From assembly GCA_028687435.1 (NCBI GenBank), contig JAQUAF010000056.1:1-38043 (forward strand): a DNA stretch of 38,043 bases, written 5' to 3'. Below, piece after piece: positions 26,351 to 34,275 of this stretch. A program made the translations under genes and the position numbers. The notes beneath the pieces are model-generated. The model worked only from the letters and a program-made list of their open reading frames with translations. It did not search any database and had not been told where the DNA came from. The stretch comes from Verrucomicrobiia bacterium. GTDB taxonomy: Bacteria > Verrucomicrobiota > Verrucomicrobiia > JABWAM01. Position 1 is the stretch's first letter; the number at the start of each line of letters is the position of its first letter.

Positions 26351-27394
26351 TCAGGAGCGGGGGGATGTCGGAGATGGAATGGAAAATTCTTCGATGGCTT
26401 TGCCGTCATTTCGTCCGGATAGCGCAAGAAAAAGGCTGAGCAGGAGCAGTTCAATGGCGCCAAAGAAGATTTTTGCCGGGTAGGGAATGACCGGTTCATG
26501 GTGTTGGGAAAGATAGGATTCGACAAAACCAGCCCAGACCAAAAACAATGCCACCCCGGCAACCAGGGTGATGACGTCGCTGGCAACCTGCCGCATGCGG
26601 ACGGACAGGGAGGCGCGCTGGTGTCGTCCGATGATTGCACGGGCCAGCACAAACCCTGTCTGGCCGGAAAGCAGGAAGGCGGGGATTTCCACGGCGCCAT
26701 GGGGCAACAGCCAGCCAAGGAGAAAGGTTGATTGTCCGGCCAGGACATAGTCGGCGCAAACCGCGCCCAAAATGACGCCGTTGTAAAAGACCAGAATGAT
26801 CGTCCCCACCCCCCAGGTCATGCCCAGGGCCATGTCCAGGATGGAGATCTTGATGTTGTGGGTGATGAGGAAGGATGAAAAAGAGGCCCGGGATGGATGC
26901 CGGGAGTCGGAGCCGGGAGCTTGTTCTTCCTGGCGTACGCGCTCGGATGGATCCTGCTGGAGATGGGAGAAAGGCATGACGATATCCTTTGCTTCAGGAT
27001 CCAGGCTGATCGCAAAGGCGCCCAGAAGAACGCCGGCCAGGGTGATCATGCAGGCAAGATGAAAGCAGGAGATGTGCCGGCGGAAGGTTTGGGGAAAAGT
27101 GATGAAAAACCATTTGAAAAAGGAGAACCGGCGCGGTTTTTCGCGTTCCTCATGGATTTCACCATAGGCAAGGGAGACCAGGGATTCAAGGTAACGCCGG
27201 ATTTCTCTGTCGGCGCCGAATTGGGACAATCGCGCCAGTCCGGCGCAAGCCCGGCGATGGAGATAATGAAGACGCTGGATTTGGGCAAGATCAAGTTTGT
27301 ATCCGGCATCCTTTTCCATGCGCTTGAGGGTTTGCTCCAATTCGTTCCAGCAGGGGCGCTCGGCATCGACAAAACGCGGGAGATCGATGATCAT
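26351..27394 (-). CDS. DUF95 / stage-II-sporulation-M-like integral membrane protein
   Basis: Multi-TM protein with an FYNGVILG motif resembling the SpoIIM/DUF95 signature. 3-nt gap to the RDD gene. 4-nt overlap with the DUF58 gene. Confidence 0.6.
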   Translation of the reverse strand: MIIDLPRFVDAERPCWNELEQTLKRMEKDAGYKLDLAQIQRLHYLHRRACAGLARLSQFGADREIRRYLESLVSLAYGEIHEEREKPRRFSFFKWFFITFPQTFRRHISCFHLACMITLAGVLLGAFAISLDPEAKDIVMPFSHLQQDPSERVRQEEQAPGSDSRHPSRASFSSFLITHNIKISILDMALGMTWGVGTIILVFYNGVILGAVCADYVLAGQSTFLLGWLLPHGAVEIPAFLLSGQTGFVLARAIIGRHQRASLSVRMRQVASDVITLVAGVALFLVWAGFVESYLSQHHEPVIPYPAKIFFGAIELLLLSLFLALSGRNDGKAIEEFSIPSPTSPRS

Positions 27395-28710
27395 AGGATT
27401 TGCCGTTGCTTGATGGCCATGTATTCGGCGACCAGTTGTGCGCTTAGCCGCTCGTGCGGAAATTGGAGAAGTTTTGAGCCGTGATGCTGGAGTTCCCTGG
27501 CCAATTCGCGCAAATGCTGCCAGGCCAGATGTCCGCCCAGATGACGGTAAAGATCGTCCAGATTTCGGGCGGGGTCTCCCTGGAAAAGAGGGGCGGTCTG
27601 TCCGGTTTGAACCACGGCTGTCAGCACCAGATGCTGGCGGGAGATCAACTCGATGTTTTTTGTGAATTGTTCGGCCAGAACCGGATCGGTGAGGCTGGTC
27701 AGGAAAATGATCAGGGCGCGTTTGCGCAGCCGGATGCGGATGAAGGCGGCGATTTCCTCAAAGGATGGGTTGACTGCCTCGGTTTTGAGGGTGTAGAGCG
27801 CGTCCCGGCAGGCGTTGTAGTGGTTGCGTCCATTGCTGGCTCGGAGAAAACGTCCGATGCGGTCGCTGAAGGCGAGCAATCCGAAGTGATCCCCCTGTCT
27901 TTCGGCGGCCAGCCCCAGCACGAGGGAACTGGCGAGAAAACGTTCAAGAACGGTTTCGTTCCCGGCGGGTTGTGTGCTGAGCCGGGAATGGTCGATGGCC
28001 ACATAAACCTCCTGAGTGCGTTCGATTTGAAAAACCTTGGTGACCGGATGCCCGCGCTTGGCGGTGGCTTTCCAGTGGATCTGGTCATAGCTGTCGCCCT
28101 GCACATAATCGCGGAGTTTTTCAAAATCGCGTCCCTGGCCCACCACGCGCTGGGTGTGTGTGCCGAAAGAGCCCCGGTTCAAAAAGAGGGCGGCCATCTG
28201 GCGTTTTTCGGTGCTTAGATTTGGATAAACCCGGATTTCCGATCGCAAGGGAATCCGTGTGCGCGCCAGCCAGAAACCGAGGGGCGAAGCGCCTTCCAGA
28301 TGACAGGCGGCAAGATGAAACGCCCCGCGGGCCGTGGGACGGCAGGGCCATGCGACCTGGCTGCGGACGGATTCCTCCGGCAGAATGACCTGCAGATTTT
28401 CAGTCTGGGGCGTGATTTCCTGCGGAAAAGGAAGTCCCAGCCGCAGGACGAGAGGCTGGCTGGTGGGATTTTCGATGATGAACGGAATGGCGCCTTCCCG
28501 GTCCTTGGAAAGCCGGATGATTTCGGGCAGTTGCACCTTGATGTCGCGCAACGAGCCAATGGCCAGAAAACTGTCCACCCCGGCGGCAAGGGTCAGAAGA
28601 CCAAACAAGACCGCCGCAATTGGAACGGCTTCCGGTATGAATGTTGCCGCTGCTGCGACAGGCAGCGCCGCCGCGGTGAAAAACATGAGGCGGTTTCCGG
28701 GGACGATCAT
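27391..28710 (-). CDS. DUF58 (vWA-like) protein, canonical partner of MoxR ATPases
   Basis: Two N-terminal TM helices, then the DUF58 core (RDYVQGDSYDQIHWKATAKRGHPVTKVFQIERTQEVYVAID). Confidence 0.75.
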   Translation of the reverse strand: MIVPGNRLMFFTAAALPVAAAATFIPEAVPIAAVLFGLLTLAAGVDSFLAIGSLRDIKVQLPEIIRLSKDREGAIPFIIENPTSQPLVLRLGLPFPQEITPQTENLQVILPEESVRSQVAWPCRPTARGAFHLAACHLEGASPLGFWLARTRIPLRSEIRVYPNLSTEKRQMAALFLNRGSFGTHTQRVVGQGRDFEKLRDYVQGDSYDQIHWKATAKRGHPVTKVFQIERTQEVYVAIDHSRLSTQPAGNETVLERFLASSLVLGLAAERQGDHFGLLAFSDRIGRFLRASNGRNHYNACRDALYTLKTEAVNPSFEEIAAFIRIRLRKRALIIFLTSLTDPVLAEQFTKNIELISRQHLVLTAVVQTGQTAPLFQGDPARNLDDLYRHLGGHLAWQHLRELARELQHHGSKLLQFPHERLSAQLVAEYMAIKQRQIL

Positions 28711-28775
28711 TTTTTTGGGGTTGCCAGGCCGAAATCTGAAGGAACTTGGCGCTGTTGCTGGTGTCCGCTTGCCGT

Positions 28776-29750
28776 TTAACGCGGGATGGCGATGGTTTGG
28801 AGGATTTGTTGGATGGTTTCGTTGACGGTGACTCCTTCGATTTCAAATTCAGGACGAAGAATCAACCGGTGTTCCATCACCGGAACGGTCATGCTTTTAA
28901 TGTCATCCGGGGAGACGAAATCCCGTCCTGCCAGTGCGGCTTTTGCCCGGCTGGCCAGCAGCAGTGATTGGGTGGCGCGCGGACCTGCGCCCACCAGGAT
29001 GCTGGGGTGGGTGCGGGTGGCGCGAATGACATCCACCAGGTAACCGATGAGTTCGTCCTTCGTCACGACGGTGTCCAGTGTCTGGCGCATGGCGGCGAGG
29101 GCGTCCGAGGTGATCAGGGATTGGATGGCGCCGCTGGAGAGGACTTCCTCCGGCGCTTCGCGGCCGAGCATTCGCCGGGCGAGAGTCAATTCTTCCTCGC
29201 GCTGGGGGCAACCCATGTTGATTTTGAGCATGAAACGGTCCTTTTGCGCCTCGGGGAGCGGATAGGTGCCTTCGAATTCGATGGGATTCTGGGTTGCGAA
29301 AACCGTGAAGTTTTCCGGGAGCAGGTAGGTTTGCTGGTCAATGGTGACCACCCGTTCCTGCATGGCTTGCAACAGGGCGGATTGGGTTTTTGCGGGCGCG
29401 CGATTGATTTCGTCGGCCAGCAGAAAGGATGTGAAAACCGGGCCGGTGACCAGCTTGAATTCGTTTTTTTCAAAATTGAACACATTGGTGCCGACGATGT
29501 CCGATGGCATCAGATCCGGGGTGAACTGGATGCGGCCGGTGGCGCATCCCAGGACGTGGCCCAGCGTGCGGACCAGCAGGGTTTTACCGATGCCCGGCAC
29601 CCCCTCGATCAGGGCGTGGCGGCCGGTCATGATGACGATGAGAGCCTGGTCAATGACTTCCTGCTGTCCGATGATGACTTTTGCGATTTCCTGTCGTGCG
29701 CGAGCAAGGAGTTCCTTGAATTGTTCAAGACTGGGTTGTTCGGTGCTCAT
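28776..29750 (-). CDS. MoxR-family AAA+ ATPase
   Basis: Walker A GVPGIGKT. Walker B LLADEINRA. MoxR-specific C-terminal helical domain. 324 aa. Confidence 0.85.
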   Translation of the reverse strand: MSTEQPSLEQFKELLARARQEIAKVIIGQQEVIDQALIVIMTGRHALIEGVPGIGKTLLVRTLGHVLGCATGRIQFTPDLMPSDIVGTNVFNFEKNEFKLVTGPVFTSFLLADEINRAPAKTQSALLQAMQERVVTIDQQTYLLPENFTVFATQNPIEFEGTYPLPEAQKDRFMLKINMGCPQREEELTLARRMLGREAPEEVLSSGAIQSLITSDALAAMRQTLDTVVTKDELIGYLVDVIRATRTHPSILVGAGPRATQSLLLASRAKAALAGRDFVSPDDIKSMTVPVMEHRLILRPEFEIEGVTVNETIQQILQTIAIPR

Positions 29751-30108
29751 GGGATTTCCTTTCTGTCGCTCGGTGAATTCATCGGTGTATGAGGAAAGTT
29801 TATGGACAAGTCAAGCGTGCCAAAAGGCGTCGGAAGGAATGGGAGGGTGGCATGCCGGATGCGGTTGTTTTGCGGCGGACGGATCATGTTTTTGAATTGT
29901 TTCCGGCGTGGAGGGCAACGCAAAAAAACATTGATGCAACAGACGGCCTATGTCAGCCGGCATTCCGCGGCCCAATTAGCCGCGCCATTTGTCCGGACTG
30001 CATCAAAAAGTATTATCCCGAACTTTCGGACAACGTTTTTCCCCGCAAAAAGGGAGGGTGGGCAATTTTCCGGGATGGGGAAAAACGGTGTCTGGATGCG
30101 GATGGCCG

Positions 30109-30927
30109 TCAATGCCCGGGTGAAGGCGAGGCGGCGCCGGTTTGTTGGGATGCCGCAACGGCGCTTTCCACCATGGCATAGGCGCTGTGGTTGTGGATGC
30201 TTTCGAAGTTTTCGGCTTCGACCCGGTACCAGAGGACCCGGCTGTCCTTTTTGATGCGCAATGCCACGCTTCGCACCAGATCCTCCACAAAGACCGGATG
30301 ATCATAGGCGCGCTCGGTCACGTGTTTTTCGTCCTCCCGTTTCAACAGCGAATAGAGCTCGCAACTGGCGGAGCCTTCCACCAATTGGATGACCTCTTCG
30401 ATCCAGACGGTTTTCCGGGCGCGGATTCGGACGGTGACCACTCCGCGCTGGTTATGGGCGCCCCGTTCGCTGACGCCCTTGGAACAGGGGCAGAGCGTGG
30501 TCACCGGCACCGCCACTCCGAGGGTGAAGATGACCTTGGATTTCATCGTGTCGGCTTGCAGGGTGACTCCGTAGTCCATGGCGCCCACGGCCTGGCTGAC
30601 AGGGGCCTTTTTCTCGATGAAATAGGGGAAGTCGATTTGCAGATGGGCGCATTCGGAGGAAAAACGTTCCTGCATGCGTTTTGCGATTTCCGGGAGGTTT
30701 TCCACATGGATGATGCGTCCGTGTTCATGGAGGACTTCCAGAAAACGGCTCATGTGGGTTCCCTTGAAATGGTGGGGCAGATCCACGTACATGGCCACGG
30801 TGGCCACGGTGTTCTGGGTGCGGTGGGCCAGATCGCGCACCACGATGGGAAAGCGGAGCCCTTTGACTCCGACCTTGTCGATCCGGATGCCTCGCATGTC
30901 CTTTTCGCTTTGCTTGTCTTGCATCAT
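30109..30927 (-). CDS. folE2: GTP cyclohydrolase FolE2 / MptA family (GTP cyclohydrolase IB)
   Basis: Conserved FolE2 motifs including CPCSK and the surrounding TLCPCSKGVSERGAHNQR. 272 aa. Confidence 0.8.
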   Translation of the reverse strand: MMQDKQSEKDMRGIRIDKVGVKGLRFPIVVRDLAHRTQNTVATVAMYVDLPHHFKGTHMSRFLEVLHEHGRIIHVENLPEIAKRMQERFSSECAHLQIDFPYFIEKKAPVSQAVGAMDYGVTLQADTMKSKVIFTLGVAVPVTTLCPCSKGVSERGAHNQRGVVTVRIRARKTVWIEEVIQLVEGSASCELYSLLKREDEKHVTERAYDHPVFVEDLVRSVALRIKKDSRVLWYRVEAENFESIHNHSAYAMVESAVAASQQTGAASPSPGH

Positions 30928-30976
30928 CCGGCAAAGTTATCACACCGAACCGCCAATGCAATAAACTCCTTTTGAT

Positions 30977-31501
30977 ATGACAGATTCTCCCACGCTTCCG
31001 CACAAGATATCGACGTTGATTTTTGCCTTTAACGATCGGGATGAGGTTCTGCTGATGCGCCGCCAAGGGGCGCCCAATGCCGGGTTATGGAGCCCTTTTG
31101 GAGGCAAGTTGAACCGGGAAACAGGGGAGTCGCCCCATCAATGCGCCGCCCGGGAAACCGGCGAGGAGATTGGCTTGAGGGTGCGGCCGGGCGATTTGCA
31201 TCTGGCGGGGATGGTTGCCGAACGGGCATATGAGGGCAATACGCATTGGTTGATGTTCATGTTTGAGCTGAAGTTTCGTTTGCAGAAACTGCCTCCGCCG
31301 CATGAAGAGGGGATTTTTGAGTTTGTGCCCTTGCCGGAGGTGATCAACCGTCCCATTCCCGCCACGGACCGGGAGGTTCTCTGGCCGCTTTTTCTCAAAA
31401 ACCGGGGAGGTTTTTTTTCCGTCGCCATCGTCTGCCGTCCCGATGGACGTTTGGAATGGGATGTTGAAGAAACGCTCGTCCAGCTTCGCTCCGAAAAGTG
31501 A
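30977..31501 (+). CDS. Nudix hydrolase (possibly dihydroneopterin-triphosphate pyrophosphatase-like, given the folE2 neighbour)
   Basis: Nudix box GGKLNRETGESPHQCAARETGEEIG (GX5EX7REUXEEXGU). Confidence 0.8.
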   Translation: MTDSPTLPHKISTLIFAFNDRDEVLLMRRQGAPNAGLWSPFGGKLNRETGESPHQCAARETGEEIGLRVRPGDLHLAGMVAERAYEGNTHWLMFMFELKFRLQKLPPPHEEGIFEFVPLPEVINRPIPATDREVLWPLFLKNRGGFFSVAIVCRPDGRLEWDVEETLVQLRSEK

Positions 31502-31546
31502 TGGCATGTTGCTTTCGTCCGGCTGCCCCTCGACAGGCTCGGGACA

Positions 31547-31626
31547 CTCGACTCGGCTTGCAGTTTCTTGCCGGAGAACGGCTCCACCGCAGGCGGAGTC
31601 ACGAGCGAGGCGCAAGCCGAGTCGAG
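31547..31626. other. Perfect 15-bp inverted repeat (CTCGACTCGGCTTGC ... GCAAGCCGAGTCGAG) separated by 50 nt, abutting the 3' end of tRNA-Ser
   Basis: Arms at 31547-31561 and 31612-31626 are exact reverse complements. Confidence 0.5.
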
Positions 31627-31718
31627 TGGCGGACAGGGAGGGATTTGAACCCCCGTGACCCTTGCGGGCCAACCTGATTTCGAGTCAGGCGCATTAAACC
31701 GGGCTCTGCCACCTGTCC
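31627..31718 (-). tRNA. tRNA-Ser (anticodon CGA), long variable arm, CCA encoded
   Basis: Reverse complement gives GGACAGG...CCTGA-CTCGAAA-TCAGG...GGGGGTTCAAATCCCTC-CCTGTCC-G-CCA. Perfect 7-bp acceptor, anticodon loop CUCGAAA, 18-nt variable arm, T-loop TTCAAAT. 92 nt. Confidence 0.8.
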
Positions 31719-31739
31719 GTCGAGTGAAAAACACCCCTT

Positions 31740-32042
31740 TTGGCGTCGTTCTTTTTTACCGCTATCATGCTTTTTTTGCGGATTTCCAGCATGATCGTAG
31801 AAAAACAGCCAAGCCCAGTTTGTGTGTTTTGTCCCAACTTGTGCTGGCTGGATTCCTGTGGCCATTATTATGCCCAAGCCCGGTGGCAAGGCAAGCTTAT
31901 CCGGGAATCCCTTAAAACCGGCGACCGGGCCGTGGCTGAGCGAAAGTTGCGGGATTGGCTGGCTGAACATTGGGAGGCGGATTTCTTTCCGGGCAAATCC
32001 ACGAAGGATTCCGGTTCGTTGATGCCATCCAGAAGAATTTGA
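31740..32042 (+). pseudogene. N-terminal fragment of a phage-type tyrosine integrase (arm-binding region), truncated
   Basis: HYYAQARWQGKLIRESLKTGDRAVAERKLRDWLAE resembles the N-terminal R/K-rich segment of P4/lambda-like integrases. The ORF stops after 100 aa with no core-binding or catalytic domain in frame. Begins 22 nt from tRNA-Ser. Confidence 0.45.
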
Positions 32043-32083
32043 GTGCGTCTGCCGAAATGGACGATCAGCTCTGACGCCTTCCG

Positions 32084-32446
32084 TTATGCGGCAATCTGCA
32101 ACGGCTGAATCATGCGCTCGGTTTTGGTCCAGTTGTGATCCCGTTCAATCTCCAAGTCGTAATGTGTTTGGAGGTTCATCCAAAATTGCGGAGACGTTCC
32201 GAAGTATCGTGCAAGCCGCAAGGCGGTATTGGCAGAGATCGACCGCATGCCCCGCACAATCTCACTGATGCGGATGGGGGGGACATGGATGGATGCCGAC
32301 AACCTGTGAGGCGTGATGTTCAAGGGTTTCAGGAAGTCTTCCAGCAAGACCTCTCCCGGATGCACCGGCGGCAATTTGGTATTCATGGCGTTTTTTGGTT
32401 TAATGGTAATCCGCAATCTCAACCTCGTAAGCGTCTCCGTTTTCAA
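32084..32446 (-). CDS. higA: HigA-type antitoxin (XRE-family HTH); probable true start at internal Met (MNTKLPPVHPGEVL, about nt 32386)
   Basis: PVHPGEVLLEDFL...ITPHRLSASIHVPPIRISEIVRGMRSISANTALRLARYFGTSPQFWMNLQTHYDL is the HigA/VapI antidote signature. Confidence 0.7.
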   Translation of the reverse strand: MKTETLTRLRLRITIKPKNAMNTKLPPVHPGEVLLEDFLKPLNITPHRLSASIHVPPIRISEIVRGMRSISANTALRLARYFGTSPQFWMNLQTHYDLEIERDHNWTKTERMIQPLQIAA

Positions 32447-32681
32447 ATCGAAAACAGATTCGCCACTGATCGTTGATTCGGATGCAGTGTTGCCCTTTTC
32501 GCTTCCCCTTCAACGCTTCAATGCGGTTGCCTGGCGGAATTCGCAAGTCATCCGTTTGCAGGGCGGCATGGATGGCAACCAGCTTCCTTAGGGCAACCTT
32601 CTGAATCTCCCCCGGCAATCGGCGGGAACCTTGCCGTTCAAAGATCAATCGGGTTTCGCCGCACTTGAAGCTTTTTATCAC
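32400..32681 (-). CDS. higB: HigB-type toxin (RelE/ParE superfamily, killer protein)
   Basis: 93 aa. IKSFKCGETRLIFERQGSRRLPGEIQKVALRKL...LKGKRKGQHCIRINDQWRICFRFENGDAYEVEIADYH matches the HigB plasmid-maintenance killer family. Upstream of higA on the same strand (toxin first, as in hig systems). Confidence 0.7.
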   Translation of the reverse strand: MIKSFKCGETRLIFERQGSRRLPGEIQKVALRKLVAIHAALQTDDLRIPPGNRIEALKGKRKGQHCIRINDQWRICFRFENGDAYEVEIADYH

Positions 32682-32691
32682 GCCATGAACA

Positions 32692-32722
32692 TAACGCTAG
32701 GCATTATTAACGTCAAGCGTTA
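32692..32722. promoter_or_regulatory. Inverted repeat TAACGCT-n17-AGCGTTA located 11-41 nt upstream of the higB start; candidate HigA operator
   Basis: Arms 32692-32698 and 32716-32722 are exact reverse complements. Position is consistent with an autoregulated toxin-antitoxin promoter. Confidence 0.35.
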
Positions 32723-32744
32723 TCTGATGATTCTTTGCAAAATC

Positions 32745-32775
32745 AAAACCCCCGGCCGCCTTTCGGCAACCGGGG
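32745..32775. repeat. Copy 1 of a 31-nt imperfect direct repeat (AAAACCCCCGGCCGCCTTTCGGCAACCGGGG)
   Basis: Matches 34735-34765 at 29 of 31 positions. Contains a CCCCGG...CCGGGG stem capable of hairpin formation. Confidence 0.55.
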
Positions 32776-32861
32776 ATTCGATAGTCCACCTTTCAACCGA
32801 CAGGGCTTTTTAATGCGGCAATTCCTCTCCTGCCTTTCTCCGGGCAAAGGGGATTGACGAT

Positions 32862-33125
32862 TTGGCAGGGGTGACCCGTTGGCATGTCCAAGCCTATGAA
32901 AATGTTCTTCTTGAGCGGGGGTTTCGTCCGGCAAGCCGATTGTCGTATCTGTCGGCGGTACGGCTGTTTTTTGGGTATTTGGCGGGCAGACAAAGGATTT
33001 TGGTCAATCCCTGCGCGGGGTTGTTGCTGCGAGCGTCCCGCATGTTGCCCCGGCCAGTCCTGAGCCGTTCGGAAGTGGAACGGCTATTTGCATCTGAACA
33101 TTGCCGACCTGAAACAGGCGCATAG
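32862..33125 (+). pseudogene. Fragment of a tyrosine recombinase core-binding (SAM-like) domain; no catalytic domain follows
   Basis: VQAYENVLLERGFRPASRLSYLSAVRLFFGYLAGRQRILVNPCAGLLL...PRPVLSRSEVERLF is the typical phage-integrase N-terminal core-binding pattern. Ends at 33125 without the R-K-H-R-H-Y catalytic module. Confidence 0.4.
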
Positions 33126-33195
33126 GAAGTATCATCCGAGGGAGCGGACTATAGGATGACTTGCATGGCGGGGGCTTATCGGTTAAGGTTGTTTT

Positions 33196-33414
33196 ATGAC
33201 AGAGATTATTTTCGAGGTGCAAGAAGACGAAGCCGAGGGGGGCTACGTTGCGACCGCTTTAGGTCACTCAATTGTCACGGAAGCAGACACCCTTGAAGAA
33301 TTGCGTCACATGGTGCGTGATGCGGTGCAGTGTCATTTTGGTGATGGTGTTTCGGGGGAGATGCCCAAGATTATCCGGTTGCACTTTGTCCGTGATGAAG
33401 TGGTTGCGACGTGA
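33196..33414 (+). CDS. hicB: HicB-family antitoxin (UPF0150/DUF1902-like small form)
   Basis: 72 aa. EIIFEVQEDEAEGGYVATALGHSIVTEADTLEEL matches the HicB N-terminal RNaseH-like partial fold. GTGA start/stop overlap with the downstream hicA. Confidence 0.6.
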   Translation: MTEIIFEVQEDEAEGGYVATALGHSIVTEADTLEELRHMVRDAVQCHFGDGVSGEMPKIIRLHFVRDEVVAT

Positions 33415-33653
33415 AAACTCCACGTGATGTTTCTGCCAATGATTTGGTGAAGGCCCTGCGCAGTTTGGGCTACGAACGTGTGCGGCAGGATGGATCACAT
33501 ATCCGTCTGACGACGCAACAACATGGCGAACACCATATCACGATACCCAATCATGCCTCGCTAAGGGTCGGCACTTTCAGAAGTATTCTCAAGCTCGTGG
33601 CTGCACATCATGGGATTACGGTGGAACAGTTGATGCTTTCGTTGGAACTCTAG
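33411..33653 (+). CDS. hicA: HicA-family mRNA interferase toxin
   Basis: LVKALRSLGYERVRQDGSHIRL...ITIPNHASLRVGTFRSILKLV shows the YcfA/HicA signature (GSH, dsRBD-like fold). GTG start. Confidence 0.7.
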   Translation: MKTPRDVSANDLVKALRSLGYERVRQDGSHIRLTTQQHGEHHITIPNHASLRVGTFRSILKLVAAHHGITVEQLMLSLEL

Positions 33654-33965
33654 GCACAGATGGTGAACGCCCCATCCCCAATGATGAACGAGACTGGCTT
33701 GGGCCATGGAGATGACGTTGAGGATGGCGAGTTTGATCTCCTGTGGCCAGCCGGAGTGGAGGATGGGGGAGCGGGATTGGATCATGGGAGTAAAAACGAT
33801 TTTTCCAAGAAAAAGATGACACTTGAACCGATCAAATGAGCCAGTGAAGGCCCACCGCAAGGCTTTGAGATGGCAAGGGATGTCTGAAAAAAAACTGATG
33901 AGATGGGGGAAAGAGGGGTGAACCCTCTCAAAATGGCTCGCCAATCACAACAAGCGGGTGCCTGC

Positions 33966-34008
33966 GCCCGCCCACCATGGTTCCGGCGGGCCTGATCTAT
34001 TGTCTTTT
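33966..34008 (+). terminator. Hairpin GCCCGCC-n12-GGCGGGC followed by a TGTCTTTTTG U-tract
   Basis: 7-bp GC stem (33966-33972 / 33985-33991) with an internal CCATGG palindrome in the loop. T-run at about 34000-34008. Sits in the 418-nt non-coding gap between the two hic modules. Confidence 0.35.
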
Positions 34009-34071
34009 TGCCCCTCCCCAAAAAGGCCAAAAACAATTTGACCAAGCATGATACTATGATACTATATAGAT

Positions 34072-34275
34072 GTGCCAAGGAAAGTTCGCGAACTTGAGAG
34101 CATTTTGAAAAAAGCCGGTTTTGTGCGGGAGGCTGGCAAGGGCAGTCATCGGAAGTGGCGGCATGCGACCGGCACTATGATCATCATGTCCGGCAACCCC
34201 GGACACGACGCAAAACGGTATCAGGAAAAGCAGGTTTCTGAAGCATTGGAGGAGGTTCAACAACATGAAAAATAA
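34072..34275 (+). CDS. hicA: HicA-family toxin (second copy), GTG start
   Basis: PRKVRELESILKKAGFVREAGKGSHRKWRH...MIIMSGNPGHDAKRYQ is the HicA signature. Preceded by a TTGACC -35-like hexamer and a tandem ATGATACT ATGATACT TATA element. Confidence 0.7.
   Translation: MPRKVRELESILKKAGFVREAGKGSHRKWRHATGTMIIMSGNPGHDAKRYQEKQVSEALEEVQQHEK

Noticed and set aside
29789-30254. Two overlapping + strand ORFs (130 and 150 aa) in the folE2-moxR intergenic region
   Set aside because: Arg/Gly/Cys-rich low-complexity products with no start context. The region is more likely the promoter/leader of the MoxR operon. It overlaps the folE2 3' end.
31547-31626. Possible second tRNA next to tRNA-Ser
   Set aside because: The region forms a 15-bp inverted repeat with a 50-nt loop but no cloverleaf. 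It has no D/T-loop consensus or anticodon arm.
33561-33944. 127-aa minus-strand ORF overlapping the hicA 3' end
   Set aside because: It overlaps a supported HicA gene. His/Cys/Phe-rich odd composition. The region looks like non-coding remnant.
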